Notes under the pieces: generated by a model
Seen by the model: only the letters and a program-made list of their open reading frames with translations
The model's database searches: none
Told to the model about the DNA's origin: nothing
Translations under genes and position numbers: made by a program
NCBI GenBank assembly: GCA_044892505.1
Contig: CM097883.1
Span: forward strand, 441,068,001-441,132,000
DNA from: Schmidtea nova
Taxonomy: Eukaryota
Direction of reading: 5' to 3'
Length of the DNA stretch: 64,000 bases
In this document: one piece after another, positions 1 through 12,291 of the stretch
Layout of the letters: the number at the start of each line of letters is the position of its first letter
Numbering within the stretch: position 1 is the first letter of the stretch

Positions 1-2
1 TA

Positions 3-1697
3 AACAAAAAATCAAGTAATTTTAAGGAAAATTGCTTAGAAAAATTATTATTCAACGAACCGAGAATTTCTGAGAGTAATCGAGAATTATCGGAGGTTTC
101 CAAGAGAATTGACGAGACCAACAGCGAATCTGATGAGCGAGATTTTTTGACAAAAATTTTCTTTCTAACTCTAATTGGTCACAATATCTCTTTGATTTCC
201 AATTGGAAACAATTGAATCTCGAAAAGTCCAAGCTGAAAGTACTACAAGATGCACAAGCCGAAACCAGTGAACTGGACTACATAACAAACGTAATTATTC
301 GAAATGAAAGAAAAATCGCCAGTTTCACATCAATTCTGATGAGCGATTTCTTCAATTCGTCTCTGTTGCAATTCTACGATTCGGTAGCGAAATCTATTTT
401 AATTACTGCAAAATCTCCACAACAATTCCAACTTTTACCGGACTTTATTTTTGAAAATATTATCGACTTCATTTCGATTATCTACCAAAAAGAAATCTCC
501 GGCAACATTGATTTAATAGAACGGAAAAATCTGATTGACTTATTAATTTTTGTCTCTAGAAATTCGAATTGGTTTTCATCGCCATTTCTAATTTGGAAAT
601 ATTTGAAAAATGTCAAAAATATTTTTTGGCATCTCGTGAAAAATCAAACTTCAATTTATTCGTGGAGATTTTCCATGATTGAATTTTGTAAAACAAATGC
701 AGTTGAGAGATTTTTAGATTTCTCCAACCGAATCGAGAATTTAGACAATGTCGATAAATTGGAAATTCGATTTGAAATCTGTGAGATTATTTTGCTGTTT
801 TGGAAAGAAAATCTATTTGAAAAATTCAACAATAATTATTCAATAGTAAAATATCTGTTCCATTTATCGAATGATGTGAGAATTATCATGGAAATTTTGA
901 TTGAAAATGTTAAAAATATAAAATCCATTCGAAAAATAATGACGAATAATAGCAATGTTGCTTCAAATGAAGATTTGGATTTTTGTGCCAATCAAATCAA
1001 TGAAATCCGCGAAGAAATTTCTGCTAAAAATATATTCATAATCACATTTGGATTGCTATTGGTAGAAATATCGAATAATAATTCCAAAATTTTCTACGAG
1101 GATGAATTAATCGATTCGATAATTCTCACACTGAATTATGTGATTTACATTCTATTCGGTTCAAAAGCAATTGAATTTTACAATGAAAATTGTGAAACCT
1201 ATTGCTATTGGCAACCGGAAATTGTTTTAATTAAATTCATAATTGTTTTCAATAATTTATCGTCAGATAAAAAATTTGTCGAAGCAATTTCCAATGAGGA
1301 GAGATATTTTTCAACAAATCTGTTGATTTATTTTCTTAATTTATCCAATACAAACGAAATCGTTCCTCATTGTCTGATTGAGAAATTTAAAACTATCATT
1401 GATAAAGTTCTAAAAATTCGCCAATTGTCTGTGATGAATCAAACCGATTTCTACGAAGTGCCGGAAAGGTATTTAGATCCAATAATGAATACAATAATGA
1501 TGGATCCAGTTGCCTTGCCAACGTCGCGAATAATTGTTGATAGAAAGGTCATCAAACGGCATTTAATCAATGATTCTCGAGACCCATTCAATAGACAGCC
1601 GGTTTTGTATCAAGATCTAATACCAATGCCACATCTAAAGAGTGAAATTGAAAATTGGATTTTAGAAAATATGAAACATAATAAAAATAATTCTTAA
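3..1697 (+). CDS. UFD2: Ubiquitin conjugation factor E4 (UFD2/UBE4 family, U-box), 5'-partial, intronless in the visible part
   Basis: The frame is open from the window edge (NKKSSNFKENCLEK...), so the TTG start at 147 in the track is not the real start. It has a Ufd2P-core-like segment (FLTKIFFLTL) and a C-terminal U-box: EVPERYLDPIMNTIMMDPVALPTSRIIVDRKVIKRHLINDSRDPFNRQPV...LKSEIENWI. The protein is divergent and UBE4A vs UBE4B is not resolved. Confidence 0.85.
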   Translation, partial: NKKSSNFKENCLEKLLFNEPRISESNRELSEVSKRIDETNSESDERDFLTKIFFLTLIGHNISLISNWKQLNLEKSKLKVLQDAQAETSELDYITNVIIRNERKIASFTSILMSDFFNSSLLQFYDSVAKSILITAKSPQQFQLLPDFIFENIIDFISIIYQKEISGNIDLIERKNLIDLLIFVSRNSNWFSSPFLIWKYLKNVKNIFWHLVKNQTSIYSWRFSMIEFCKTNAVERFLDFSNRIENLDNVDKLEIRFEICEIILLFWKENLFEKFNNNYSIVKYLFHLSNDVRIIMEILIENVKNIKSIRKIMTNNSNVASNEDLDFCANQINEIREEISAKNIFIITFGLLLVEISNNNSKIFYEDELIDSIILTLNYVIYILFGSKAIEFYNENCETYCYWQPEIVLIKFIIVFNNLSSDKKFVEAISNEERYFSTNLLIYFLNLSNTNEIVPHCLIEKFKTIIDKVLKIRQLSVMNQTDFYEVPERYLDPIMNTIMMDPVALPTSRIIVDRKVIKRHLINDSRDPFNRQPVLYQDLIPMPHLKSEIENWILENMKHNKNNS

Positions 1698-3015
1698 TAA
1701 TTCATAACCAATTTACCCTTGCAAACCCTTGAAATTATTTTGTTCAACTCTTATTCAACTTGAAACAGCATGTCTTATTTAATTGACTTAAAAGTTATAT
1801 ATATAAATATATATTTTTACAAGCATATTTTTATTAATTAAATGGAATTTATTTGTAACAAAATCTTTTTAATGATAGACGACTAAACAGATTTGTTGTT
1901 TGCTCTCTATCAACGTGAAGGGAGAATGAAAACTAGTATTTTCATTGATTACTTTTCTACTGGTTCACTTGAAAAGTTTGGTCTCCAAAACGGTTTGTGT
2001 GAATCCTATGATTTATCATATAATTTATTAATAAAAATCCGTTGAAAGAAAACAATTCCTATTCAGTTTGAAAGTGAATAAAAGCTTATTTTAAATATCC
2101 TACATGTGATTACTTATGTAAAAATACGTAACCTAAGTATGTTTATGGGAGTACCAGTCACATTCATGAAACGATGGAAAGAAAGAAGTGAGTGGGTAGA
2201 TTAACAACAAAATGTTTCATTTTGGTTTATTTTTACAACTCGTTAATGCCAATAATTAACTAAACTTTCCAAAACTATAACAAAAGGGCATTTGTAACCC
2301 AGGGAATAATGGCTGCCTAGGTGAATATTTTATAAATTTTAGTGCAAAATAAACAATATAAAAAGTTGAAGTCGGTATATATTCATCCACATAAGTGTAT
2401 TTATCTACGTGTCGATATGATAAATGTAATCTCGAATAGAAAGAACATCTACTTCCGTTTTACTCTATTTTAGATAGAGTTTTCTTAACCCGGATAAGAT
2501 GCACTATTGTCACCATAACATTGACAATGCTCTAGTTAGTGATCGAATGTACATTTTTGGTATAATGAACTGGAACCGCCATAGACAAATACCGATCTTG
2601 CCCTTGCTTATTGTAAGGAATAAGTTAAATAAAGCTTAACTTAATTAATTAACTAATTTAAATTTTGTATATTAATTAATTAAAAATTTAATAAGTATGG
2701 TATGTAAATAATAATTTTAAATATTATATTAATAATTTAAATAATGAATTAATAAATAATAATAAATAAATAATTTAAATAATAAATTGATCAAAATATT
2801 GTGGACGTAAATTAATCCTCTTGTTTGAATATTGTGAATAACAATAAATATTTGAATTTTGAATCGTTATTTAATGGATACAATAAATACTCGGTTTACG
2901 CAGTCTAATTTGGCGACTACGCCAGAGTGTGAATGAAAACTTATATCTAATGCTCTGTTTTTAAAACCCTTTTATTTAGTACGAATTTATTCAGAAATAT
3001 TTTGATCATTTAAAT

Positions 3016-3252
3016 CAGTAGTCTTCAATTGAGGCGATATCAAGTGAGATTTGAAAAAAGGAGACGCTTGCATAGAAGATTGCATCTATAAAAACTGTAA
3101 AAAGCAATATTTCTTCAGTAAAAAACAATTTTTTGTCAATTAAGCTTTTTCAAAGAAAATTTTATTATTTTTTTAAAGAAGAGACGTTAGTAAAGTTTAT
3201 GCTATGCCAATATAAAACTAGTGAGTTGCATAAAAAAGGTTGAAGACCCTTG
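3016..3252. mobile_element. hAT-type MITE (degenerate)
   Basis: Imperfect TIRs cagtagtcttcaa / ttgaagacccttg (10/13). Flanked by 8-bp atttaaat (3008-3015) and atttaaac (3253-3260). Confidence 0.55.
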
Positions 3253-5200
3253 ATTTAAACGATTCTTTAACAATTATTTTGTTAAGAAAAACTACACAAA
3301 TGACCACCTACTCGTACACAAGTTTACCGCGCCATTTTACTACTTCAGCTGTTTTTATGTTCTTTGGATGATTGATTGTGTTATTTAATTTAGAAAAGAA
3401 TATTAGAAATATTAAACTTCAAAATTTAGTTAATTACATTTTCAATGTCACCGAACGCCTATAACTCGTAGGCCTTTTAAATTAGTCCTACCTTTTTATG
3501 GAGCAAGCGATTAACGGCAACACCAAAATTAATAACATACACTTTGTTAAAGGGTCAATAATAGACACAAAACATTTAATTTGAACGAGTACATAAATTA
3601 TAAAGTGACATTTAACGAGGACTCACCTTTTATGAATCAACATTATTAATTTCTATTATAGTTATTCAGCCGTGTCATATAGATTCAAAAATATTTTATA
3701 GGATCAAGAATTACGAGAAAAGGTTTATGATTCACTATGGGTTTCAATGTAACACAAAAGACAACTGATTGAAATAAATACAATTTTTTACTTGTTACGA
3801 ATTACATTTATTAAGGATATCTAAATAATAAAATTAAACAATATCATAAATAAATAAAATAATTGGGGTAAATCAACAGGGTAAACGAGACGATGTTCTG
3901 GAACTTGAGAAGAAGAAGGAAAAGCAAAATATTAAAAAACGAGAAATTATTAGCAAAATAAAAGAAATAGAACAATAAAGCAAAAATAGGTCATTGATAA
4001 TTAATAACTGCAAAAAGGAAAAAAGGAATTACAAAATTAGGAAACAAAAACAAGAATAAAATTCATGTCTTGAGAGCTAGTCAGACATATCAAGAGTGCG
4101 GAGGAAAAAGTCGGAACAACAAAAAGGAAAGAATGGAATATCTCGCCCGCTGTCATAGATAATGAAAGAACCACAAGGAAAGTATGGAGTATGCTGGAAG
4201 CAAAGAAATGGGAAAAACAAAAATAAACTCGAGTACCAGAGAATGACGAGCTATAAAAGGAGAAGCCACAGTAGATGTATTAGAATTCAGATTGGAGAAG
4301 TTAGAAGTTAGAATTAGAGAAATTAATAATTAGAAAAGAGGAAATTAGATTGGAGAAATCGAAATTATAGTAGAGGAGATTGAAAAGAAACTTATTGAGT
4401 CGATTAGAATCATACTATTGGAAAATGTGAATATAAGGATTTTAAATTGAACGTAGCAAAAAAAGAAAAAATCAAATAAGAAAAGAGTCGAAGCATTTTG
4501 AATAAATTACCAAGTCAGAGCAAGAGAACAACCAAAATCAATTTTCCAATTTTTGAATCTAACTAGTGGTTAGTGATTATTAAATTTTTAGGTATTATAC
4601 ATCAGTGTTATTCCTTACGAAGTGTTTCAATAGGCGCTGTATAATTACCTGTTGTGGTATTTAATTGGCCGTGTCATTGTAATTTGTGTTGCCAGCTGTG
4701 ATAATCAATAAAGGTTTACATTGTCTAAAAATTGTTATTTTGTGGGTCAAATAAACATTTTCACCAACAACCCAATAACCCAACACATTTAATATTAATC
4801 CAATGGATGGCATCTACCACCATAGAATGAACACGGTTCTATGTAATGGTCGAAGGTATAATTTTGGTGTCAATAGCTGGATGTCATATCTACAACATAT
4901 TTTAAAGTAAAATTGTAGAAATCAGATCAAATTTTGATAGTAGAATATTTTATTTTCAATTTAAAAATAAATCAAGAATGATTAAATTATTTCATCAGTA
5001 ATATATCTATATTAAAAGTTAAAACGAATAAATTTGTTCAATTAATAAACATCAAAAGAAAAAAAATTATAAAAAAAAATTCTCTGTGAAATATTTATAA
5101 TATTTAAATTCTTATTTAAAATACCTTTCTTCATGTAATCAAAATTGTCGTGATATTTGAACTGGCATTTGCTTTTCTTAAAATTTTTTTAATTCTTTAA

Positions 5201-5429
5201 CCCTTCAACGGCGAGATTATTTTTTAAATTTAAAAATGATAAAAACTCAACAGAATCATCAAAAATTTGATTGCATTAACTGATAAACTCAATTCACTAT
5301 GTCGATACGTCAGATTTCAACGACAAACTAACGAATACTTTTGTCATTTGCAATAATAATAATGCGCTGTTGTCACGTTGTGCATTGCTTCTTTGGAGTT
5401 ACATATAAGTAACGCTAGCCGTTGAAGGG
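5201..5429. mobile_element. piggyBac-type MITE
   Basis: Perfect 12-bp TIRs cccttcaacggc / gccgttgaaggg, with TTAA on both sides (5197-5200, 5430-5433). Confidence 0.75.
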
Positions 5430-6662
5430 TTAATTTAAATTTGTTTACCTGGTTTTATAATTATTTATTGTATTATAACGCTTTTTTAATTCTATTATGG
5501 ATATGCAATTGTTAATGTGTCTTGTATTCCCCAATATTCCTCTTTTTGTCAAACTCATTTAATTTTAGTATTTTTTTAAACATTAAACGGTCTCTGTTTT
5601 TATAACAATAAATCATGGTAAACTTATGAAAGATGTAATTTCTATGAATGACCATAACGAATATTTATTAATAGTTACGCCTAAATTCTAGACGTAATTT
5701 TTATTTAAGAAAAGGTCTTATTTGCAATATTTATTGACATTTTTTTCCCGGAAACAATATATTAAATTTTGCTCCACAATAAGTTTTAGGGCTTACTTTC
5801 ATGGGATTTCTTATTTTTGTCTCTGTGCTGACTGAACTTAATATAAAAAACTGATTATCCACCCGATGTTTGAGATATGTTCTATAATACGTTGGCCGTA
5901 TAGTTAGAAACGAGTCAAGTAGCCTGTCAACCCGAAGAAGTCAAAATATTATCCCCTTTAAATGATCCTTAAATTTAAAAGCTAATTACACGAGAAAAAG
6001 TGGCAAACAAAATGACGACAGTTAAGAATGATGGTTATTTGTGTGTTGTCTGCAGTCAGATTACTGATAATAATACATTTTGTTCCTTTATTTTTTACAG
6101 TATTTTTTTGAGATTTTTATTTGTCATACAATATTAACTAGGTCTTTTTTGGAGTAGGATTTGTATTAAAAGCATTTTGAAAAATCATAAAATTGCTTAT
6201 TTTCAGGAAAAGACTATATTGCGCGTAGATTTATACATTTTAGGTTTTAATATAAAAATGTTACTGGTAAACCTATCTGTATTTTATTTTTGTGAATTAA
6301 ATATGAAGAGGATATTATTGAAATCATTAATAACAGTTATATTCTTGGACCAATCTTGATGAAATACTTGTATTTCTGGGCACATATAATTAATTTTTTC
6401 TTCTAATAGCAAAATTTAGTTGCCAGTCAAAATTTTCAAATAAAAATTAATCCACTTTTAAAAATTAGACATCTTTTGAAATAATATTATTAATAATTTT
6501 GAAACTGAAAAGATAATTTCAAATAAAACAAATGTATTTTAATATTAACATACATTATATTTCCCATTGATCTTTTCTTTTCTATTTCAAAAATTTTCAT
6601 TTTTTATAAAGACTAGTGATTTCATACTAGTGATTGTCGTTGGGCCCAATTGTCAAGGAACC

Positions 6663-6664
<2 letters not shown>

Positions 6665-6732
<68 letters not shown>
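6665..6732. repeat. (TA)n microsatellite
   Basis: Pure AT dinucleotide run. Others occur near 10422-10496, 20152-20210, 23333-23395, 55503-55536 and 62279-62320. Confidence 0.95.
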
Positions 6733-6736
<4 letters not shown>

Positions 6737-7852
6737 TTTTATTTATTTATTTATTAAAATAATATCTTTTTAAAAACAAGTGAAATAAAAAAGTTTATCA
6801 TAGCCATCAGTAAAACATTCAACTAAGACTTGAAGACGATCGTAAATGAACGAAACCAATCATGTGTTTAGATCTTTTCGAAAAAATGTTTGAGTACATA
6901 TAGCAAAAAATAAGGCATATTTTATGCCCAATACATCACAGACCGTTAGCAACTGGGGCTCCGCCTCATCCCACTTTTCTTAGCAATATGGCTTCGCACT
7001 AGCACTTTCGGCGATCATTTGGCCCCCTTTTCAATACAGGATAAATAGTGCGCTGGTCTTTTTTCTCCATGTAAAATTTTCTGCCGATCCGACACATTAA
7101 AAATTTTGAGAAGCATTGCTTTAGTGCCTACAGATTATTACTATTATTATAACTTCCTAGCGGGCAATGCAAATGTCTTATAACGAATACTTAAAATTAT
7201 AAAAATTAAACTTCCATATGTCAGTAAAATTTGTATTTTTCATCTTCATAAATATAAAGATTTATTTCTAAATGTAAACTATTATTATAATATATTTAAG
7301 ATTATCTGAATTGAATAAAAATATTTAAAACAATGAAACAACAAACGCAAAGTAATGAGATTGGAAAGGATACTAAGGTATGACATGTGTGGTAAGTTAG
7401 GAAAAAAATTAAGCTTTACGACTTTAAAATTCAACAATATTCTCATTTATTAAAGAGTATAACGAATTGTGACATAAAGTACAAGGTCGCGTGAAGTATT
7501 GCTGATAACGGGGCTGGATACAATAAAATAAACAAATTTATACAAATTGGTTTTATTAGGAATTAAAATGATTGCTTTATGTGAAACCATTCTCAAATTT
7601 AATAAAAATATCACTTTTAATTAAAGTTGATTTCAAACACTTATGTAGGATTTAGAAATAGTAAAACAACTCTTGCAATTGAAAGAAATCTCCACAATGC
7701 CAATGAAACAGCATAAATTTTGCTGCTTTCATATTGTCAGTAATTTAGGAATAACTATTGATGACAGAAAATACAGATTTTTATATATTATTAGTAACAA
7801 TAACTTTCCTTTACAAAAATATTATATTTAATAATTATATTTAATAATATAA

Positions 7853-8250
7853 TTACGCTCATCACTGATTCACTGACTGATTCTATAACGCTCGCTGATT
7901 GGTTGATTCTAACACTATGATATCTTTTTGATATCTTTATGATATCTTTTTATCTTTACTCTCATTATCTCATTATCTATTATCAATACATTTTTCATAA
8001 ATGTATGGGTAGGTTTGATTTTTTACTTACGCTCATCACTGATTCACTGACTGATTCTATAACGCTCTCTGATTGGTTGATTCTAACACTATGATATCTT
8101 TTTGATATCTTTATGATATCTTTTTATCTTTACTCTCATTATCTCATTATCTATTATCAATACATTTTTCATAAATGTATGGGTAGGTTTGATTTTTTAC
8201 TTACGCTCATCACTGATTCACTGATTCGCTGATTCACTGATTCTATAACG
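7853..8250. repeat. 174-bp tandem repeat, about 2.3 copies
   Basis: Unit start ttacgctcatcactgattcactga at 7853, 8027 and 8201. Confidence 0.9.
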
Positions 8251-8280
8251 CAAGTCAAGTGAAGGTGCTTATTGAATCGA

Positions 8281-8645
8281 GAAACATTTAGGATAAAAGG
8301 CGAAAGATTATATGGAAACATTTAGGATAAAAGGCGAAAGATTATATGGAAACATTTAGGACAAAAGGCGAAAGATTATAGGGAGACATTTAGGATAAAA
8401 GGCGAAAGATTATAGAGAAACATAGGGAGACATTTAGGAAAAAAAGACGAAAGATTATATGGAAACATTTAGGATAAAAGACGAAAGATTATATGGAAAG
8501 ATTTAGGATAAAAGGCGAAAGATTATAGAAAAACATTTAGGATAAAAGGCGAAAGATTATATGGAAACATGTAGGATAAAAGGCGAAAGATTATAGAGAA
8601 ACATTTAGGATAAAAGGCGAAAGATTATAGGGCAACGTTTAGGAT
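8281..8645. repeat. 34-bp minisatellite, about 11 copies
   Basis: Unit gaaacatttaggataaaaggcgaaagattatatg repeated head-to-tail with minor variants and no unique spacers. Confidence 0.9.
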
Positions 8646-8658
8646 AATAGTAATTGTA

Positions 8659-9000
8659 AGGTAATTGTAAGGCGCCCGTTGACAAATCATAAAATAAATG
8701 AACAATTTGATGTACGAAATCTTTATTAAAAATTCAATTTCTTTTATTCTTAAGAAATTGAAAATTATTTCTGTTATATATATATATATATATGGAATGG
8801 CAAAAAGAATTGTTTTTATTGAAGAACGTCTTGAAAAACTACATTCCGTGTGAATTGTCTTTGATCATTCAATAAATTTCCTTGCTGTGGATTCGATTCA
8901 ATAAGCACCTTCACTTGACTTGCAACTCTTGATTAATTTTTAATTTTTATTTTGCAAAATAAACTTTTATGATTTGTCAACGGTCGCCTTACAATTACCT
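8659..9000. mobile_element. MITE-like element with 36-bp TIRs
   Basis: aggtaattgtaaggcgcccgttgacaaatcataaaa vs ttttatgatttgtcaacggtcgccttacaattacct (1 mismatch). TSD not clear. Confidence 0.6.
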
Positions 9001-10418
9001 AGTATTTAATAATCAGTTAAAATAGAATTAATTTTGTTTATAGAAGAACGGCAAATGCCAGTTCTGGTCACGATAAATTTGATTGTTTATTGTAAGAATA
9101 ATTAGAAAATATTTCCAAAAACAATTCATTTTGACTCGAAATTAAATGGTTGCATGTCATCGATGATAAAAGGCTACTTTGTAGAAGAGTGTAAATATTA
9201 TACTTAAATCCAAGGCGTAAATGTTGTTTTGGAGGCGTCTTTACTTTTAATATTCAATATACTCGCAGATCTATGTGTTTTCTAATTTTAATAAAATTCT
9301 ATTACTGATTAAATAATGAGTAGTTTGGGTTTGTAAGATCATATTTTTATTTCGACCATTGATCAATGTATTTGTTAGACATGAAAGAAATTGAATATTT
9401 TTATAGTCATTAATCAAAGATTAACACAAATATTAAATATGTAAGTGTATATTTGGCAACGGAAATATGTGGCCCAAAAAACCAAATTTTTGTTTTATAT
9501 TATGCAATTTCATACTCACCGAAATTTATTATTCTCTTAATAATAATAAGAGATAAACCCTTTAAGATCTAAACTACTGTGAGCAGGAGATTAGTAAATA
9601 ATTTCAAATTTATACTTTTACACCACATTTTTAAAATAAAAAATATATTAACCAGTGTTGGATTCGTCATTTACATATGATCACCGAGTCGAGATTCTGC
9701 GACACTATTTATATTTTTTACAATATGGAAATTTTGTATATTTTACTTATTTTTATGAATTGTAATTTTGAAAACATGTAAGTTTGTGTGTATTGTATAT
9801 AATTTAAGAGAATGTTAAATTTGTTGAGGTCTAAAATTTTTAGATCTCAACGTGCACTGGTCTAGCTATTTATATATTTTTTTGGAATTTTTTGTAATTT
9901 TTTGTAATTAAACCTTTATTAAAAATAAAAATTACCAAAGTACACTTGTCCAAAAATTTAATTTCAAACGATTATGTAATTTTTTGTTTAAAAGAAAAAT
10001 ATTTTCCTTATTGGTTGCGTGTTATGTAGTGATTGTACTTTTTGATTTAATTAAATTATTGTAGAATCTTTTTGTTCTATCCTTGGTTTTAATTATCTCA
10101 CAGGATTACCCCTTGAGATGTTTTAGTCGCTAACTTTTGAACATAAAAACTGTTATAAAAATGTGGGTGAATTTTGAAATTTTTGGTTTCCTTATATACC
10201 AAAATTTTCCATGCAACGATTAAAATAATTTCAATTTGATATTTACCCCGATTATCAATACTGCAATTATGTTGCCAAAATTATCAATTCTAAATTTCCT
10301 GCACTTAATTTTGATATTACTTAATATCACATTGAAATAAAATAAATTCATTAAGAAGTACATTCTAAAATAAATAAATGTTAATAAGAAATTCATAAAA
10401 TATATATTTAAAATATTG

Positions 10419-10499
<81 letters not shown>

Positions 10500-11215
10500 T
10501 CATAATACATTCATAAAACATATTCACAATAATTATCAAATGCTAAATCAATTGTTAAATGGTAGATATCAAATGTTAAATGATCAATTGTTAAATAGAT
10601 GTTAATGTCCTAATGGTGTTAGAATTGTATGATTGGTATTGGGATTTGATTATTCTTGGTTGTTGATTGTACCGACGGCTTCTGCTTAGATATTGACTCT
10701 ATACTAGTGATTGCAATCCCGGGATCCCGGGAAAATCTTTAGTCCCGTAGCCCCGGGATTGATACTCCAAGAATCCCGGGATTTCGGGATTGTATATAAA
10801 AAATAAATTAAATATATAAGATAAAATAATTCACAAAACATTTACTTATATATTAATAAAATAATCATTAATTTTTTACTTTATTAACGTAGATATAGCG
10901 TATATAAAACATTAATTTCAAATATATCCATTTTATTATTAATACAAAAAATCATTTAAATTAATAAAAACGAATTATTTAAACAGAATTCTTCCTAACG
11001 TTCTGAAAAAAATCGTTTGACATTCAAATTTTTCATAGAAATTACGGAATTCCTTACCCAAAGTGTAAGTTGTANNNNNNNNNNNNNNNNNNNNNNNNNN
11101 NNNNNNNNNNNNNNNNNNNNNNNNNNNNNNNNNNNNNNNNNNNNNNNNNNNNNNNNNNNNNNNNNNNNNNNNNNNNNNNNNNNNNNNNNNNNNNNNNNNN
11201 NNNNNNNNNNNNNNN

Positions 11216-12106
11216 TTGTTATTTTTATGCTGTTATTTGTTTATTATATGGTAATCGCCGTCATTGGTATGATCGGTGCCTTTACGGTCACCGGGGCCCC
11301 CCCTTTTTCTGGCGAGTGGTGATTTTTATTTTTATTATTATTATTAACATTATGATTATTAAAAATTAAAAAAATTCAAATTGAAAATGCAAAATTGAAA
11401 ATTGAAAAAAAAAATCAATACACGAATAACCAAGGATAATATTAAAGAGATAAAATTAATTAACGAAAAAACTGATTTTTCCGATTTTGCCATACAAGTG
11501 TATTTAAAAACTGGAAAGGAGCAATCCCTGGATCTATTATCATTCAATATCGCGAACCTGGATCAACTGAAATTATTGAAAGAAGCAAAGATTGCTGAAA
11601 GAAAATTCAAGCCAATTTTATTTATACAGAAGATTTATCAAAGTTTATACAGTTTTCCAACTTACAATCTCCCTCGTCAACGGTTGCTAAATTGTAAAGA
11701 AGCAAAGATTGCCGAAAGAAAATTCAAGCCAATTTCATTTATACAGAAGATTTATCAAAGTTTATATAGTTTTCCAATTTACAATCTCCCTCGTCGACGG
11801 CTGCTAAATTGTAAAGAAGCTAAAAAAGAAAAACTTTGCAAGTAACCTTTCGTGGTTTTTTTATTATCTTGTTATTAATAAATATTAGTAATTTAAAATA
11901 GTGCTGTTTATTTTATTGTAACTTATATACTTTTTATATTTAATTGTTATTATATCATATCAGTAACCGCACAACACAGCACACACCCCGAGTGTCGACA
12001 CATTGCTAACGTCTGACTCTCTCGGGATCTACAACTCCTCTACACATCCACTCAATCAACAAATTAAAAAACACAAATTGTAACCGCGCATAGACGTATA
12101 ATAACT
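11216..12106 (+). repeat. 5' LTR (start lies in the gap)
   Basis: Matches 14708-15575 at an offset of about 3492-3494. Ends in ATAACT, the inverse of the AGTTAT start of the 3' LTR. Confidence 0.9.
11402..11845 (+). other. 147-codon stop-free frame inside the 5' LTR, containing a 117-bp (39-aa) tandem duplication, no ATG
   Basis: The track start is TTG and there is no internal Met. The unit KEAKIAERKFKPI(L/S)FIQKIYQSLYSFP(T/I)YNLPR(Q/R)RLLNC occurs twice. The same frame is present in the 3' LTR at 14896-15339 with one Q>K change. Confidence 0.35.
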
Positions 12107-12118
12107 GGTGTCAGAAGT
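12106..12118 (+). promoter_or_regulatory. Primer-binding site, probably tRNA-Leu(CAA)
   Basis: TGGTGTCAGAAGT directly follows the LTR, overlapping it by 1 nt. From recall, it is complementary to the 3' end of eukaryotic tRNA-Leu(CAA) (...ACUUCUGACACCA). Confidence 0.7.
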
Positions 12119-12291
12119 CAACACACACACACACTCGCCGTTTTTTTCAAGCGTTAACGCCTTTAGCATACCTATTATAGAGGTATAAGGATTAACGTCA
12201 CTTTTAGCCGAACACAGTAGGCTATATCCTTTTGTCAAGCTCATTTTTTTAACATAAAAAACAACATAACAAACAACAACAACAAAACTAA

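Larger units (their letters stand above)
6919..10706. repeat. Copy A of a multi-kb inverted duplication (partner 19828-22316)
   Basis: Blocks match the partner in reverse complement, e.g. attttatgcccaatacatcacagaccgtt (6919) vs aacggtctgtgatgtattgggcataaaat (ends 22316), and gatattgactctatact (about 10690) vs agtatagagtcaatatc (19828). Copy A carries extra sequence at about 7835-9005 and about 9380-9790. Confidence 0.9.

Noticed and set aside
3880-4560. Purine-rich stretch as a LINE ORF remnant
   Set aside because: Stops occur in all frames and no diagnostic motif could be confirmed.
6567-6773. YIYIYI-type ORFs (also 10220-10510, 20135-20446, 41509-41847)
   Set aside because: They are translations of (TA)n microsatellites.
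8281-8645. 34-bp repeats as a CRISPR array
   Set aside because: The units are directly adjacent with no unique spacers, there are no cas genes, and the context is eukaryotic.
10705-11074. Element starting tagtgattgcaatcccgggatcccggg
   Set aside because: It looks like a TIR start, but the sequence runs into a gap and no partner end is visible.
11017-11369. ORFs containing long X runs (also near 15.5, 26.3, 29.5, 37.4, 43.4, 50.8 and 55.1 kb)
   Set aside because: They are open only because they cross N gaps.
12106-12118. tRNA gene
   Set aside because: Only 13 nt of tRNA complementarity next to an LTR and no cloverleaf, so it is a PBS.
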